From positions 128,001 through 192,000 of the forward strand of contig CAVPOM010000012.1 in the NCBI GenBank assembly GCA_963707025.1: a stretch of 64,000 nucleotides of DNA, read 5' to 3'. Position 1 is the stretch's first letter. Each line of letters begins with the position of its first letter. The position numbers and the translations under genes were made by a program. Shown here one piece after another: positions 10,758-20,186 of the stretch. The stretch is from an uncultured Verrucomicrobiae bacterium (lineage in GTDB: Bacteria > Verrucomicrobiota > Verrucomicrobiia > Limisphaerales > Palsa-1400). Under the pieces are notes generated by a model. It saw only the letters and a list, made by a program, of their open reading frames with translations, did no database searches and was not told the DNA's origin.

Positions 10758-10818
10758 AATTTTAAACCTTTGCAGAATCCTACCCCCCGCCGCCCCAGGG
10801 TCAAGCCTCCTCCCTGCC

Positions 10819-10910
10819 TGGTGGTGCCTTAATTTGGCGTAGGGTCGAGCCTGTGGCTCGACTTCGGCGCACAGCGCCGACACTACAACAATGAAATTAA
10901 GGCACTACCA
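10819..10910. repeat. MITE-like element: 17-bp terminal IR enclosing two opposed GTAG-type REP hairpins (copy 1)
   Basis: TGGTGGTGCCTTAATTT / AAATTAAGGCACTACCA; near-identical copy at 43749-43836. Confidence 0.85.
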
Positions 10911-10948
10911 ATCTTTTTCCTCGACAGATTCAAGTGCGTTGTTAAAAT

Positions 10949-10993
10949 AAGCTTGCCCACATTGAAGGTGGACAATGTGGGCAAGCTTTTTTT
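10949..10993. terminator. Probable bidirectional intrinsic terminator
   Basis: Perfect 16-bp stem AAGCTTGCCCACATTG / CAATGTGGGCAAGCTT, 8-nt loop, T-tract on the right and A-rich on the left. Confidence 0.7.
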
Positions 10994-11206
10994 CAAAGTG
11001 ATTGGACCAGTTTAAATGGAATTGTGACTGCAGGAGCCAGACCAACGGCCATTGGACTAAGCCGGTGGTTTTGCTGGCCGCAATGCGTTGCGATTCACTG
11101 TTGCTGTGGAGCGGCCAAAAAACGCCGGAAAACGCGATGAAGGCCGCGCTGCGAAAGGCTTTTTGGTTCTTCGATAATGCAACTTGAATAGCCTTCTCGA
11201 TTCGCT

Positions 11207-13058
11207 TCAAGGCACCGGCACAATCCGCCAAAGCCGCGCCGGCTGGCCTATGCTGGAGGTGTCGAAGTAAAGCTGCGAGGTGTTGGTCAAGGTCACGGTG
11301 GCCAGCGCGACCCAGGCCCCGGTCGGGCCAAACTGGTTGATGCAATCCAGGCGCAAAGAGTCGCCCACGTTGCCCGTCACCGTGATCGCCGGAACCATGT
11401 GCAGGTCCAGAGACGGAACGACGGCGGGGGTTCCCGTTTGCCATGCGCGATAGAAGCGCTGCGGCGGGAGTGGTTGAGAAACATCGAAGTAGAATTGGGA
11501 AGCATTGGAAAGGGTCATCGTGGCCATCGTCTCCCAATTCGTTGCGGGGCCAAGATCGTCCCTGTAAACAAGGGCGAGCAAGTTTCCCGGCTGCGCCGTC
11601 AAGTTGACCCCCGGCACCAACCTTCGAGCCACCGGTGCGATCACGTTGAGCGTGACCGGTGCGCTAGTCGCCGTTCCGAGAAAATTGGAGACGACCACGG
11701 CGTAAGCGCCCGCCTGCGCGAAACTAAGGTGCGTAAGCTCCAGACAACTATCGCTGCCACCACTGAGGATATTTGTGCCATTGAAAACCAAATCATAAGT
11801 CAGGTCCCCGCCAGCAGCATCCACCGCAAGATCAACCGTGGTCCCCATCTCCACCGTTTGAGTTTGCGATACCATAAAGATGGTGGGGAAGCTGGGTAAA
11901 TTAGCCTGGGCGATGTTGAGGGACGCATTTGTGCCGGCCAGGGAAAAGGTGCCCCCGACGAACAGATGCGCCGGCCCGTCAGCCGCCAGCGCATAGACGT
12001 TGCCGTTCATCCCTGAGCCCAAGGCCGACCAGGCGCTGCCGTCCCATTTGGCGATGTTGTTGGCCACCACCCCGCCCGCCGTGGTGAACGCTCCCCCAGC
12101 GTAGAGATTGGTCCCGTTTACCGCCAGGGCAAAGACCCAGTTGTCCATGCCCGAGCCCAAGGCCGACCAGGCGCTGCCGTCCCATTTGGCAATGTATTTG
12201 GCCGGCACCAGGTCCTCCGAGGTGAACTCTCCTCCAACGTAAAGAATCGTACCGCTTACCGCCAGCGCCAAGACACGACCATAATAGTAGTCACCGGAGA
12301 CCCATTCGCCCAAGGTGGACCAAGTGCTGCCATCCAGTTTAGCGATGCAGTTGGCCGGCCCCCCGCCCATCTGGCTGAAGCCTCCCCCAGCGTAGAGAGA
12401 GGTCCCGCTCACCGCCAGCGCATAGACGTCGTAGTTCATCCCCACGCTCAAGCGTGACCAGGCGCTGCCGTCCCATTTGGCGATGTAGTCGGCTGGCAAC
12501 CCGCCTGCCATGGTAAAGTCTCCCCCGGCGGAGAGAGTCGTACCGCTTACCGCCAGCGCATAGACAGCGCCACCCATCCCCGAGCCCAGAGCCGACCAGC
12601 CGCTGCCGTCCCATTTGGCGATGCAGTTGGCCGGCCCCGCCCGCACTGGTGAAGTATCCGCCAGCGTAGAGATTGGTCCCGCTCATCGCCAAGGCACAGA
12701 CCCCGCCGTTCACCCCCGAGCCCAAGCTGACCCAGTCGGCATCGGTGAAGCTCTGCGCACGGGCGGGCACAGCGAGGGCCAAAGCCAGCGCGGCCAGGCA
12801 TGGCAAGAGCCGGAACGATGCAGTTGCGCGGGGAGCGCACGCGCCCTCGCGTGCGGTGGTTGGCGCCTCGCCAACCACAGCCCACCGCTCAAATTCTACC
12901 CACCCTTCCGTCCAACCGGAAACGCAAGACCAACCGGCGACGGCGCCGGTTGGCTGCACGCGGGGGCGCGTGCGCTCCCCAATTCCTACTGCATTGACAC
13001 GGATAAGCACGACCGACTGAACGGCTGCGAGCTTTTTGAATTCAGCTTTTGGGTTCAT
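11207..13058 (-). CDS. Secreted beta-propeller-repeat (IAKWDGSAWSALGSG) protein with Ig-like and duplicated C-terminal domains; frameshift near 12635
   Basis: About five repeats; AAGGA RBS before ATG 13058; C4 at 12635 versus C6 in the equivalent repeat at 12359 explains the shift. Confidence 0.8.
12830..12980. repeat. Palindromic REP-doublet-like element inside coding sequence
   Basis: 25-bp IR GGGGAGCGCACGCGCCCTCGCGTGC / GCACGCGGGGGCGCGTGCGCTCCCC (1 mismatch) with two internal hairpins. Confidence 0.85.
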
Positions 13059-13851
13059 GAATGAGTCCTTTCTCGCAAAATGGATGAAGCTTCTTCACTC
13101 GGCTTCGACGCGCGAAGAATGGATGGTCGGAATCCAAAAACCGGCGTTCAGAAGTGGCAGCTTGCATGGCCAACCTGCCAACCGACCCGCGGGCTGTCGC
13201 CGGATGCGCGTTATGTCGAGGCATAAACCCTCCCCGTAAAGGAAGCCGAGGCTGAAAGAGCTTCTCTGCGCTTCGAATCGCTACCGACCCTGCATGTGGG
13301 CCGCTCTGCATCCACCACCAATAGCCCGAAAAAGAGCGGGCTATATTAGTCAAGCCTCATTCGGGTCATATACAGCATAAGCCCTTGAAATGCAGAGTCA
13401 AGCTCTTTCGAGATGGCGCGCTCCGGCGAGTGGACCCTCCTTTCCCGACAACAAAGCCACGCCGATGCACCTTCCCGGCAATCGTGCCCGCTCAGCCGGA
13501 TGCAGTGGAATGAAGACTGAGAAAGAAGAGAAGACGAGGTTTTGGTGAAATCGGGAGAAGAAGACGGAACAGGAAGAAGACAGCAATTTCAAATCGGCAT
13601 TTTCACCGCGTTTTCAGACCGGCGCTGTCAAAATCCGCGGTAAGAATTCTGTCCATCCTCTTAATCCGGTCAAAAAGGAGTTTCCTTTGGCAGGCAAACC
13701 GGCCTTTCCCACAAACTATTTTCACTTTTGCAAATCCACTTGTTTTCAGCTATTTTCAGTTCCGGGACCGGGGGGGGGCGCATCTTGACACTGCTACCGA
13801 AGTCAGGCGCAAGAAGGCTACAGGAGTGCGCCCGTCCTCGGGGAATGGCGC

Positions 13852-14199
13852 TTAAATAAGACCTAAAACTTTCTTACCCAGCCTCTTACGACGCGGGGGA
13901 TGCGGGATGGTTTCAAACAAGACCTGACGGCTCAAGCGTTGCATGGCTTTGATGGTGGCTTGCACCTCCCGCCACTCGGCAATGGCGTCATGGAGCCACT
14001 CATATTGTTCTTTGGAGAGAGCGACACTGACCGTTTTGCCTTTGACCTTGCGGGTCCACTGATAACAAAGGCCGCCTGCTCCGGGGCCGCGGTCTTGCAC
14101 GTAGCCCTCGCTGATCCAGCCGGTTCTGGCCAGCCGGTCGCGTAATTGGGCGTATTGGGCCTGCCATTGGGCTGGCCGGGTTGTTTTGTGAGTCGGCAT
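13852..14199 (-). CDS. IS-associated accessory protein, DUF6788-like (115 aa)
   Basis: YQWTRKVKGKTVSVAL..EQ motif recalled from small ORFs next to transposases; stop codon lies in the left IR. Confidence 0.75.
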   Translation of the reverse strand: MPTHKTTRPAQWQAQYAQLRDRLARTGWISEGYVQDRGPGAGGLCYQWTRKVKGKTVSVALSKEQYEWLHDAIAEWREVQATIKAMQRLSRQVLFETIPHPPRRKRLGKKVLGLI

Positions 14200-14224
14200 A
14201 AAGAAAAGAGTAGCAGACGTGTCA

Positions 14225-14250
14225 ATAAGGCGGTATATATACCGCCTTAT
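14225..14250. promoter_or_regulatory. Perfect 26-bp palindrome overlapping the transposase start codon
   Basis: ATAAGGCGGTATATATACCGCCTTAT; its last two bases are the AT of ATG 14249. Confidence 0.7.
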
Positions 14251-15736
14251 GCCCGACACCCCCTTCTTCCCGGCCTGGCGGCCCCGTCTGGCGGCGGCGG
14301 GCCGCCGCTGTGCCCACAGCCTGGCGCGCCTCCGTCACGCCACCTTGAGTCAGATCGAGGACCGCCTGGCTCCCGCCTTGCCCACCGACCTCCTGCGAAA
14401 ACCGGCCGCCGGCGACTACTCCCGCGAGCAGGTTTACACTCTGGTTCGCACCTGGTGGTGCTGGGTCTGGCCAGTCTTCCAAGCCAACACTTCCTGCCGC
14501 CACGTCGTCCTTCAGGTGCAGGCCCTGCTGGCCTTGGTCCAAGGCCCGGAACCGGAGCCGGACAGCAGCGCCTATTGCCAGGCCCGCGCCAAACTCCCCC
14601 TGGCCTTGCTGGAGCAAGCCTTCGCGGCCAGCGCCGACAGCGCCGAAAAGCGCGCCCCGGCCAGTACGCTGCTACAGGGCCGCCCGTTGAAAGCGGTCGA
14701 TGGCAGCGGCACCCACCTGCCCGACACCCCGGCCAATCGGGCGGCCTTTCCCCCCAGCCAAAGCCTGCAGCCCGGCGGCGGCTTTCCCCACCTGCGCGTG
14801 GTGGCTCTGTTCTCCGCCGCCAGCGGCGCCCTTTTGGCCAAAGCCACCGGCAGCCTGCGCTCCTCCGAACTGGCTCTGTTTCTCCACGGCTTGCGCTCGG
14901 CTTTGCACCCCGGCGACATCCTCTTGGGCGACCGCGCCTATGGGGTTTATATTATCGCCGCCGTCCTCCAACTCCTGGGCGTGGATTTGCTCGCGCGGGT
15001 CTCCGTGCGCAACCGCAAGGTGGATTTCCGCCAGGCCCGCCAACGCCTGGGTCACTGGGACGCGCTCTTTACCTGGTCCAAACCCGGCCGGCCTTCGCCC
15101 CTGCTTTCGTTCCTGGAATGGCTCGGACTGCCGCCGCAGATCACGGTGCGGGTGCTGCGCGCGCGCCTGAGCCGGGCCGGCTTCCGCACCCGCCACCTGA
15201 CCCTGGTCACGACCCTGTTGGATGCGGCGCTTTTTCCAGCGGAGGAACTGGCGGCCGCTTATGCCCGGCGCTGGCGCATGGAACTGTGCCTGGACGATCT
15301 CAAAACCACCCTGGGCATGCAGAGCCTGCATTGCCTCTGTCCCCGCATGGTGGAGAAAGAACTCCTGCTCTTCCTCACCGCCCATAATTTCCTGCGCTGG
15401 ATCATGGCCGAAGCCGCGCAAAGCCAGAACGTGGACTTGGATCGGATCAGTTTCAAAGGCAGCCTGGACGCCTTCCGGCAATGGACGCAGGCACTGGCAC
15501 AACTCGGACACGCCCGGAACAAAGGGGGACGGCGCCGCCAATTATGGCAGCGGCTGCTCCGAAGGCTGGCGACCGATCTGGTGCCCAGGCGTCCGGGAAG
15601 AGCGGAGCCGCGCGCTGTCAAGAAACGATCCAAATACCCCCATTTGAACAAATCGCGGCATCAATACCGCCAGCCCTGGAGCCGCAATAAACGCCGCCGT
15701 CTGGCCCGGGCCAAAAGAAAGGCTTCCCTTATTTAA
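14249..15736 (+). CDS. IS4-family DDE transposase
   Basis: SAYCQARAKL, AVDGS, LGDRAY, Y..R...E......K (YARRWRMELCLDDLK), RPGRAEPRAVK. Confidence 0.95.
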   Translation: MPDTPFFPAWRPRLAAAGRRCAHSLARLRHATLSQIEDRLAPALPTDLLRKPAAGDYSREQVYTLVRTWWCWVWPVFQANTSCRHVVLQVQALLALVQGPEPEPDSSAYCQARAKLPLALLEQAFAASADSAEKRAPASTLLQGRPLKAVDGSGTHLPDTPANRAAFPPSQSLQPGGGFPHLRVVALFSAASGALLAKATGSLRSSELALFLHGLRSALHPGDILLGDRAYGVYIIAAVLQLLGVDLLARVSVRNRKVDFRQARQRLGHWDALFTWSKPGRPSPLLSFLEWLGLPPQITVRVLRARLSRAGFRTRHLTLVTTLLDAALFPAEELAAAYARRWRMELCLDDLKTTLGMQSLHCLCPRMVEKELLLFLTAHNFLRWIMAEAAQSQNVDLDRISFKGSLDAFRQWTQALAQLGHARNKGGRRRQLWQRLLRRLATDLVPRRPGRAEPRAVKKRSKYPHLNKSRHQYRQPWSRNKRRRLARAKRKASLI

Positions 15737-15934
15737 GCGCCATTCCCCGTCCTCGGGCGCAGCAGCGCGGGAAACACGGCGCGCCGGTAATCTTCCTGCG
15801 CACCCAAAAAATCCCCGGCTTGCTGCCGCCGGGGACGGCCGCACTCCGCCAGCAACAGTGTCAAGCTGCGCCCCGGGGGGGGCCGTGCGCACAGAACACT
15901 TGACCCCAATCCCCCGCGGTTTACGCTCCTGCCC

Positions 15935-17929
15935 ATGAACCGAATCGGCAACCCAAACTCTTCCATCGTCCGTGGTCAGAAGAACCTCTTCCTGGCGTGC
16001 GCGTTCCTTCTTTCCGCCGCCTCCGCCTTCCCCCAGGGACGCGGCGGCAACCCGGCCCAGCTCGAATACATCCGTTCCAATTACACCAAGTTCGAATACC
16101 AGATCCCGATGCGCAACGGCGTCAAACTGTTCACCTCCGTCTATGTGCCCAAGGACGCCAGCCAGCCCTGGCCAATCATGTTGCAGCGCACCCCGTACGG
16201 CGTCGCCCCCTACGGCGCGGACACCTATCGCGGCTCCCTCGGCCCCTCCTATTTGTTCGCCAAAGAGGGATTCATCTTCGCCTATCAGGATGTCCGCGGA
16301 CGCGGCCAATCCGAGGGCGTATTTGACGATCCGCCCGCCCACAAGCTGCGCTTCAGCGGCCCGACCGACGCCGACGAAAGCACCGACAGCTACGACACCA
16401 TTGACTGGCTGGTGAAAAACATCCCCAACAACAATGGCCGCGTGGGCACCTGGGGCATCTCCTATCCCGGCTTCTTTTCCGCCTTCACCCTCATCAACGC
16501 CCATCCCGCTCTCAAAGCCGCCTCCCCGCAAGCGCCCATGGCCAACGTCGGCGATGGCGACGACGCCTATCATAACGGCGCCTTCTTCCTGGCCGAGAAT
16601 TTTGATTTTTACGTCAGCTTCAAACCCAAATCAACCCCGTCCGCTTCGGCCGCGCCGGCGGCGGCCCCGGGCGCGCCCGCCCCGGCGGCGCAACGCTTCA
16701 GCATGGGAACACCCGACGAATATGATTTCTTTCTCCGCCTCGGAACCCTCGCCGACGCCGAGGAAAGATACTTCAAGCACCAGAATGAATTTTGGACCGC
16801 GCTGGTCCAGCATGATACCTACGACCAGTTCTGGTCCTCCCGCGCCCTGGCGCCGCAAATGCATCACCTCACCGCCGCCGTCCTGGTCGTGGGCGGCTGG
16901 TTTGACGCCCAGGATCTGGGCGGCACCCCCAAGCTCTTCCAGGCCATTGTGAAGGACGGCAGCGTCCCGGCAACCCTCGTCATGGGCCCCTGGTCCCACG
17001 GCAGTTGGGCGCGCGGCGATGGCGACACGCTGGGCAACCTCAAATTCACCGAAAAAACCGGGCCTTTCTACCGGGAACAAATCGAATTCCCTTTCTTCCT
17101 GCAGCATCTCAAAGACAAGGGCAACGGCCTCAAGACAGAAAGCGATGCCACCATTCCAAAAGCCTGGGTCTTCGCCACTGGCAGCGACCAATGGCACCGC
17201 TTTGACACCTGGCCTCCGGCCCATGCCCTGCGCCGCTCGCTCTATCTTGGGGCGGGCGGAAAACTCTCCTTCACCGCGCCGGCCGGCCGCGGCGGCCAGT
17301 TCGACGAGTATCTGAGCGATCCGGCCCGGCCCGTGCCCGTGGCCAGTGACATCATCGTGAGCCTGGGCGGCGATTACATGACCTATGATCAGCGTTTCGC
17401 CTCCCGGCGGCCCGATGTGCTCACTTATGAAACCGAGCCGCTGGAAAAGGCCGTCACCATCGCCGGGCCGGTCACTCCGGTGCTGCGTGTCTCCACCTCC
17501 GGCACCGATTCGGATTTCGTGGTGAAATTGATTGATGTTTATCCCAACGACTATCGCGATCCCCAGGCCGCGCCGGCGGGCGGGCGGCGCGGTGCGCCCG
17601 GCGTCGTCCCCATGGCCGGCTATCAACAATTGGTGCGGGGCGAGCCGTTCCGCGGCAAATTCCGCAACAGCATGTCCAAACCCGAGCCGTTCAAACCCGG
17701 CCAGCCCGCCAAAATCCAATTCGACATGCCCGATGTCATGCACACTTTCCTGCCGGGGCATCGCATCATGGTGCAAATCCAGAGTTCCTGGTTCCCTCTG
17801 ACCGATCGCAATCCCCAGAAATTTCTCGATATTCCCGCCGCCAAAGCTGCCGATTTCCAGAAAGCCGTCCAGCGCGTCTATCGCGGCGGGTCCGACGGCA
17901 CCCGGCTGAATGTGCTGGTCACCGAGTAA
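15935..17929 (+). CDS. CocE/NonD-family serine hydrolase (alpha-amino acid ester hydrolase/glutaryl-7-ACA acylase-like), secreted
   Basis: IPMRNGVKL, RTPY, QDVRGRGQSEG, WGISYPG, GPWSHG. Confidence 0.92.
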   Translation: MNRIGNPNSSIVRGQKNLFLACAFLLSAASAFPQGRGGNPAQLEYIRSNYTKFEYQIPMRNGVKLFTSVYVPKDASQPWPIMLQRTPYGVAPYGADTYRGSLGPSYLFAKEGFIFAYQDVRGRGQSEGVFDDPPAHKLRFSGPTDADESTDSYDTIDWLVKNIPNNNGRVGTWGISYPGFFSAFTLINAHPALKAASPQAPMANVGDGDDAYHNGAFFLAENFDFYVSFKPKSTPSASAAPAAAPGAPAPAAQRFSMGTPDEYDFFLRLGTLADAEERYFKHQNEFWTALVQHDTYDQFWSSRALAPQMHHLTAAVLVVGGWFDAQDLGGTPKLFQAIVKDGSVPATLVMGPWSHGSWARGDGDTLGNLKFTEKTGPFYREQIEFPFFLQHLKDKGNGLKTESDATIPKAWVFATGSDQWHRFDTWPPAHALRRSLYLGAGGKLSFTAPAGRGGQFDEYLSDPARPVPVASDIIVSLGGDYMTYDQRFASRRPDVLTYETEPLEKAVTIAGPVTPVLRVSTSGTDSDFVVKLIDVYPNDYRDPQAAPAGGRRGAPGVVPMAGYQQLVRGEPFRGKFRNSMSKPEPFKPGQPAKIQFDMPDVMHTFLPGHRIMVQIQSSWFPLTDRNPQKFLDIPAAKAADFQKAVQRVYRGGSDGTRLNVLVTE

Positions 17930-17942
17930 CCGGGCGCAGTCT

Positions 17943-18008
17943 CAATCCTAATCCTAATCCTAATCTTAATCCTAATCTTAATCTTAATCTTAATCTTAAT
18001 CTTAATCT
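17943..18008 (+). repeat. Tandem hexamer array (TAATCY)x11
   Basis: Counted directly: 11 contiguous units, the first being CAATCC. Confidence 0.95.
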
Positions 18009-18012
18009 CAAA

Positions 18013-19164
18013 TTGGATTCCATTCTCGCTTACACGGTCGCGGCCGGTGTGGGGGCGCTCATCGCCTGGCTCCTCACGCGCGCGCCGGAATTGCGCGGCT
18101 GGCGCCTGTCCCAGCTCCTCCTGGTCCCCGGCGCCTTCGTCACGGCCTGCTGGGTGCTGCGGCAAACGCACGGCCGGCCCGACATGGGCGCGGGCCTCGT
18201 GGTCATCTCAATAATAGTATTTACAGCATTCCTGCTCTCCCCCAACATCGCCTATTACTGCGGGGCCGGCCTGTCCAACTTCCTGGACCCCATGGATTGG
18301 ACCCCCGCCGAGGAGGAAATCGCCCTGCGCCCCGTCCGGCGTTTGATTGACAACGACCAGTTCTACCAGGCGCTGGGCGATCTGGACGCCCTGCTTCATA
18401 AACACAAACCCACTTACGAAGCCCTCCTCCTTCACGCCAAGCTCCTCCACCACTTCGGCCGGCTGGAGGAGACGGTGGCCACGCTGCTCAAGTCCATCGC
18501 ACTGAGCCACACCACCGCCCAGCAACTGACGGTCCTGGAACTTCTCGCCCTCCTGGAGGAGCGTGTGCAGAGTCCGCGCCAAGCGCCCGCCCCGGGGACC
18601 CGGCGCATCGCGATTGGCCATGCGCTTGTCCTGTTCCCCATCGCCGCCCAGGACCCGCGGCTGCACAAGGAAATTCCGGCCGGCGCCTATGAGGTGGAGG
18701 AGATCTTTCATCGCCATCACCCCTGGCTGAAACTGGCGGGAGAGGATTGGGGCAATGCCGGGATGTGCTGGGAGGCGGTCCGGGAAATTGATCCCCCGCA
18801 GCCCGCCCCTCCGCAAAAGGGTTTCCTCCGGCAGATGGCCCGGCTCAACCACGCCCTCACCACCGCCCTCCACCGCAAACCCCGCCATCAAACCCTGGCC
18901 GAGGCCCGAACGCTTCTCCAGCAAGCCAGCCAACTCATCAGAGGCGGCGATTGGCACAAGGCGCTGCCCTTGCTCCAAAAAGCGTCCGCCCGCGACCCGG
19001 GCAGTTATGAAATCGCCTATCGCTGGGTGCAGGCCGTGCGCCAGACCGCCGATGCCCGCGCCACCGCCCGCGCCGTGAACAAAGTCCTCGCCCAAAGCCA
19101 ATGGTCCGCCAATGAACAAGAAATGCTCCGCCAATTGCAACACTCCGCCGCCCCTCAAAAATAA
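18013..19164 (+). CDS. Membrane-anchored TPR-like hypothetical protein
   Basis: Three N-terminal hydrophobic segments followed by TPR-like helical pairs. Confidence 0.65.
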   Translation: MDSILAYTVAAGVGALIAWLLTRAPELRGWRLSQLLLVPGAFVTACWVLRQTHGRPDMGAGLVVISIIVFTAFLLSPNIAYYCGAGLSNFLDPMDWTPAEEEIALRPVRRLIDNDQFYQALGDLDALLHKHKPTYEALLLHAKLLHHFGRLEETVATLLKSIALSHTTAQQLTVLELLALLEERVQSPRQAPAPGTRRIAIGHALVLFPIAAQDPRLHKEIPAGAYEVEEIFHRHHPWLKLAGEDWGNAGMCWEAVREIDPPQPAPPQKGFLRQMARLNHALTTALHRKPRHQTLAEARTLLQQASQLIRGGDWHKALPLLQKASARDPGSYEIAYRWVQAVRQTADARATARAVNKVLAQSQWSANEQEMLRQLQHSAAPQK

Positions 19165-19223
19165 ATCGCCGGGACAACCATTTCTTTGCGTGCCTTTTTC
19201 CGCCATCCGGCTATGCTGGCCCC

Positions 19224-19403
19224 ATGGAAGTCCCTGAATCCATCCAATGCCCTTATTGCGGACAACGTTTCGATTTAATGATTGACACCGGCGTCCCCGC
19301 CCAGCGCTTCACCACCGACTGCGAAATCTGTTGCCGTCCGTTCGAGGTCTCCGCCGAATGCGAACCGGGCGAAATCCTGAGCCTGGAAACTTTTGCCGGC
19401 TGA
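19224..19403 (+). CDS. CPXCG-motif cysteine-rich small protein (59 aa; not in ORF track)
   Basis: Hand translation MEVPESIQCPYCGQRFDLMIDTG...DCEICCRPF. Confidence 0.85.
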   Translation: MEVPESIQCPYCGQRFDLMIDTGVPAQRFTTDCEICCRPFEVSAECEPGEILSLETFAG

Positions 19404-19475
19404 GAAGCTGTCCCGCGCGATTAAGAATTCGGACATTTCACCCTGGCCCATGCCTCCTTCACGCTTGCCCAACCC

Positions 19476-20108
19476 ATGCTGAAAATCGCCACCGCCCTCT
19501 TCGTTTTCCTCGGCGGATTCTCCGTCATGGTGTTGGAGGTCGTCGGCACGCGCTATCTGGCGGCGGATTTCGGCGATTCGTTCTATGTTTGGATCAGCCA
19601 GATTGGCGTGATTCTCATCGCCCTGGCCCTGGGCTACGCCATCGGCGGCGCGCTCGCCGACCGCTTTCAACGCGCCGCTTTCCTGGCCGTGCCCATGGCC
19701 GTGGCGGGATTGTTCATCTTTTTCATTCCCAAATTCGCCCCGCCGTTGCTCGATGCCATCACCAGCCGCCATCCCGGGGCCGACATCCCGGAGCTCTGGA
19801 GAAAATTGGACCCGGTGCTGGGCAGCGCCGTGGTGTTTTTTCTGCCCTGCTTTGTCCTGGCCGTTATTTCTCCCTACATGGTCCGCGTGGCGGCGCGCCG
19901 CCTGGACCGGGTGGGAACGATCAGCGGCCTGATTTACGCCGCCAGCACCGTCGGCAGCATCGCCGGCGTTTTTGTCTCCGGTTACATTTTCATTCAATAT
20001 CTCCACATCACGACCATCTTCCGGGCGACGGGCCTGGTCACCCTGTTTCTGGCCGGGTTGAGCCTGGCGATGGACAAATGGCTCAGGCCGCCAGAACCCG
20101 ATAAATAG
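19476..20108 (+). CDS. Membrane domain of fused MFS/spermidine synthase type
   Basis: MVLEVVGTRYLA..FG.S..VW...IGVIL.ALALGY..GG.LADR; G.IYAAST.GSI.G. Confidence 0.8.
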   Translation: MLKIATALFVFLGGFSVMVLEVVGTRYLAADFGDSFYVWISQIGVILIALALGYAIGGALADRFQRAAFLAVPMAVAGLFIFFIPKFAPPLLDAITSRHPGADIPELWRKLDPVLGSAVVFFLPCFVLAVISPYMVRVAARRLDRVGTISGLIYAASTVGSIAGVFVSGYIFIQYLHITTIFRATGLVTLFLAGLSLAMDKWLRPPEPDK

Positions 20109-20186
20109 ACCAACAAACCGGAAATGGAGCGCCGTAACTTCCAACCTGCCATCCGCGTCTTGCCCCATGAGAGGAACTTTGTTAAA

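Larger units (their letters stand above)
13843..15745 (+). mobile_element. IS4-family insertion sequence (1,903 bp) with divergent accessory ORF
   Basis: Perfect 18-bp IR GAATGGCGCTTAAATAAG; 12-bp TSD CCCGTCCTCGGG (13831-13842, 15746-15757). The boundary is ambiguous by 1-2 nt because the target is palindromic. Confidence 0.95.

Noticed and set aside
13000..13011. CGGATAAGCACG, identical to the last 12 nt of the IS1595 right IR
   Set aside because: No partner end or TSD found nearby; a single 12-mer could be chance.
13398..13760. Purine-rich intergenic stretch and 64-aa ORF
   Set aside because: Low-complexity translation, with no clear periodicity or structure I could support.
17943..18008. 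Repeat arrays as CRISPR
   Set aside because: Contiguous 6-mers with no spacers and no cas genes.
17878..18171. ORF with IKIKIKIRIRI tract (and LILILIL tracts in ORFs over 30848, 36015, 37216)
   Set aside because: Translation artefacts of the hexamer arrays.
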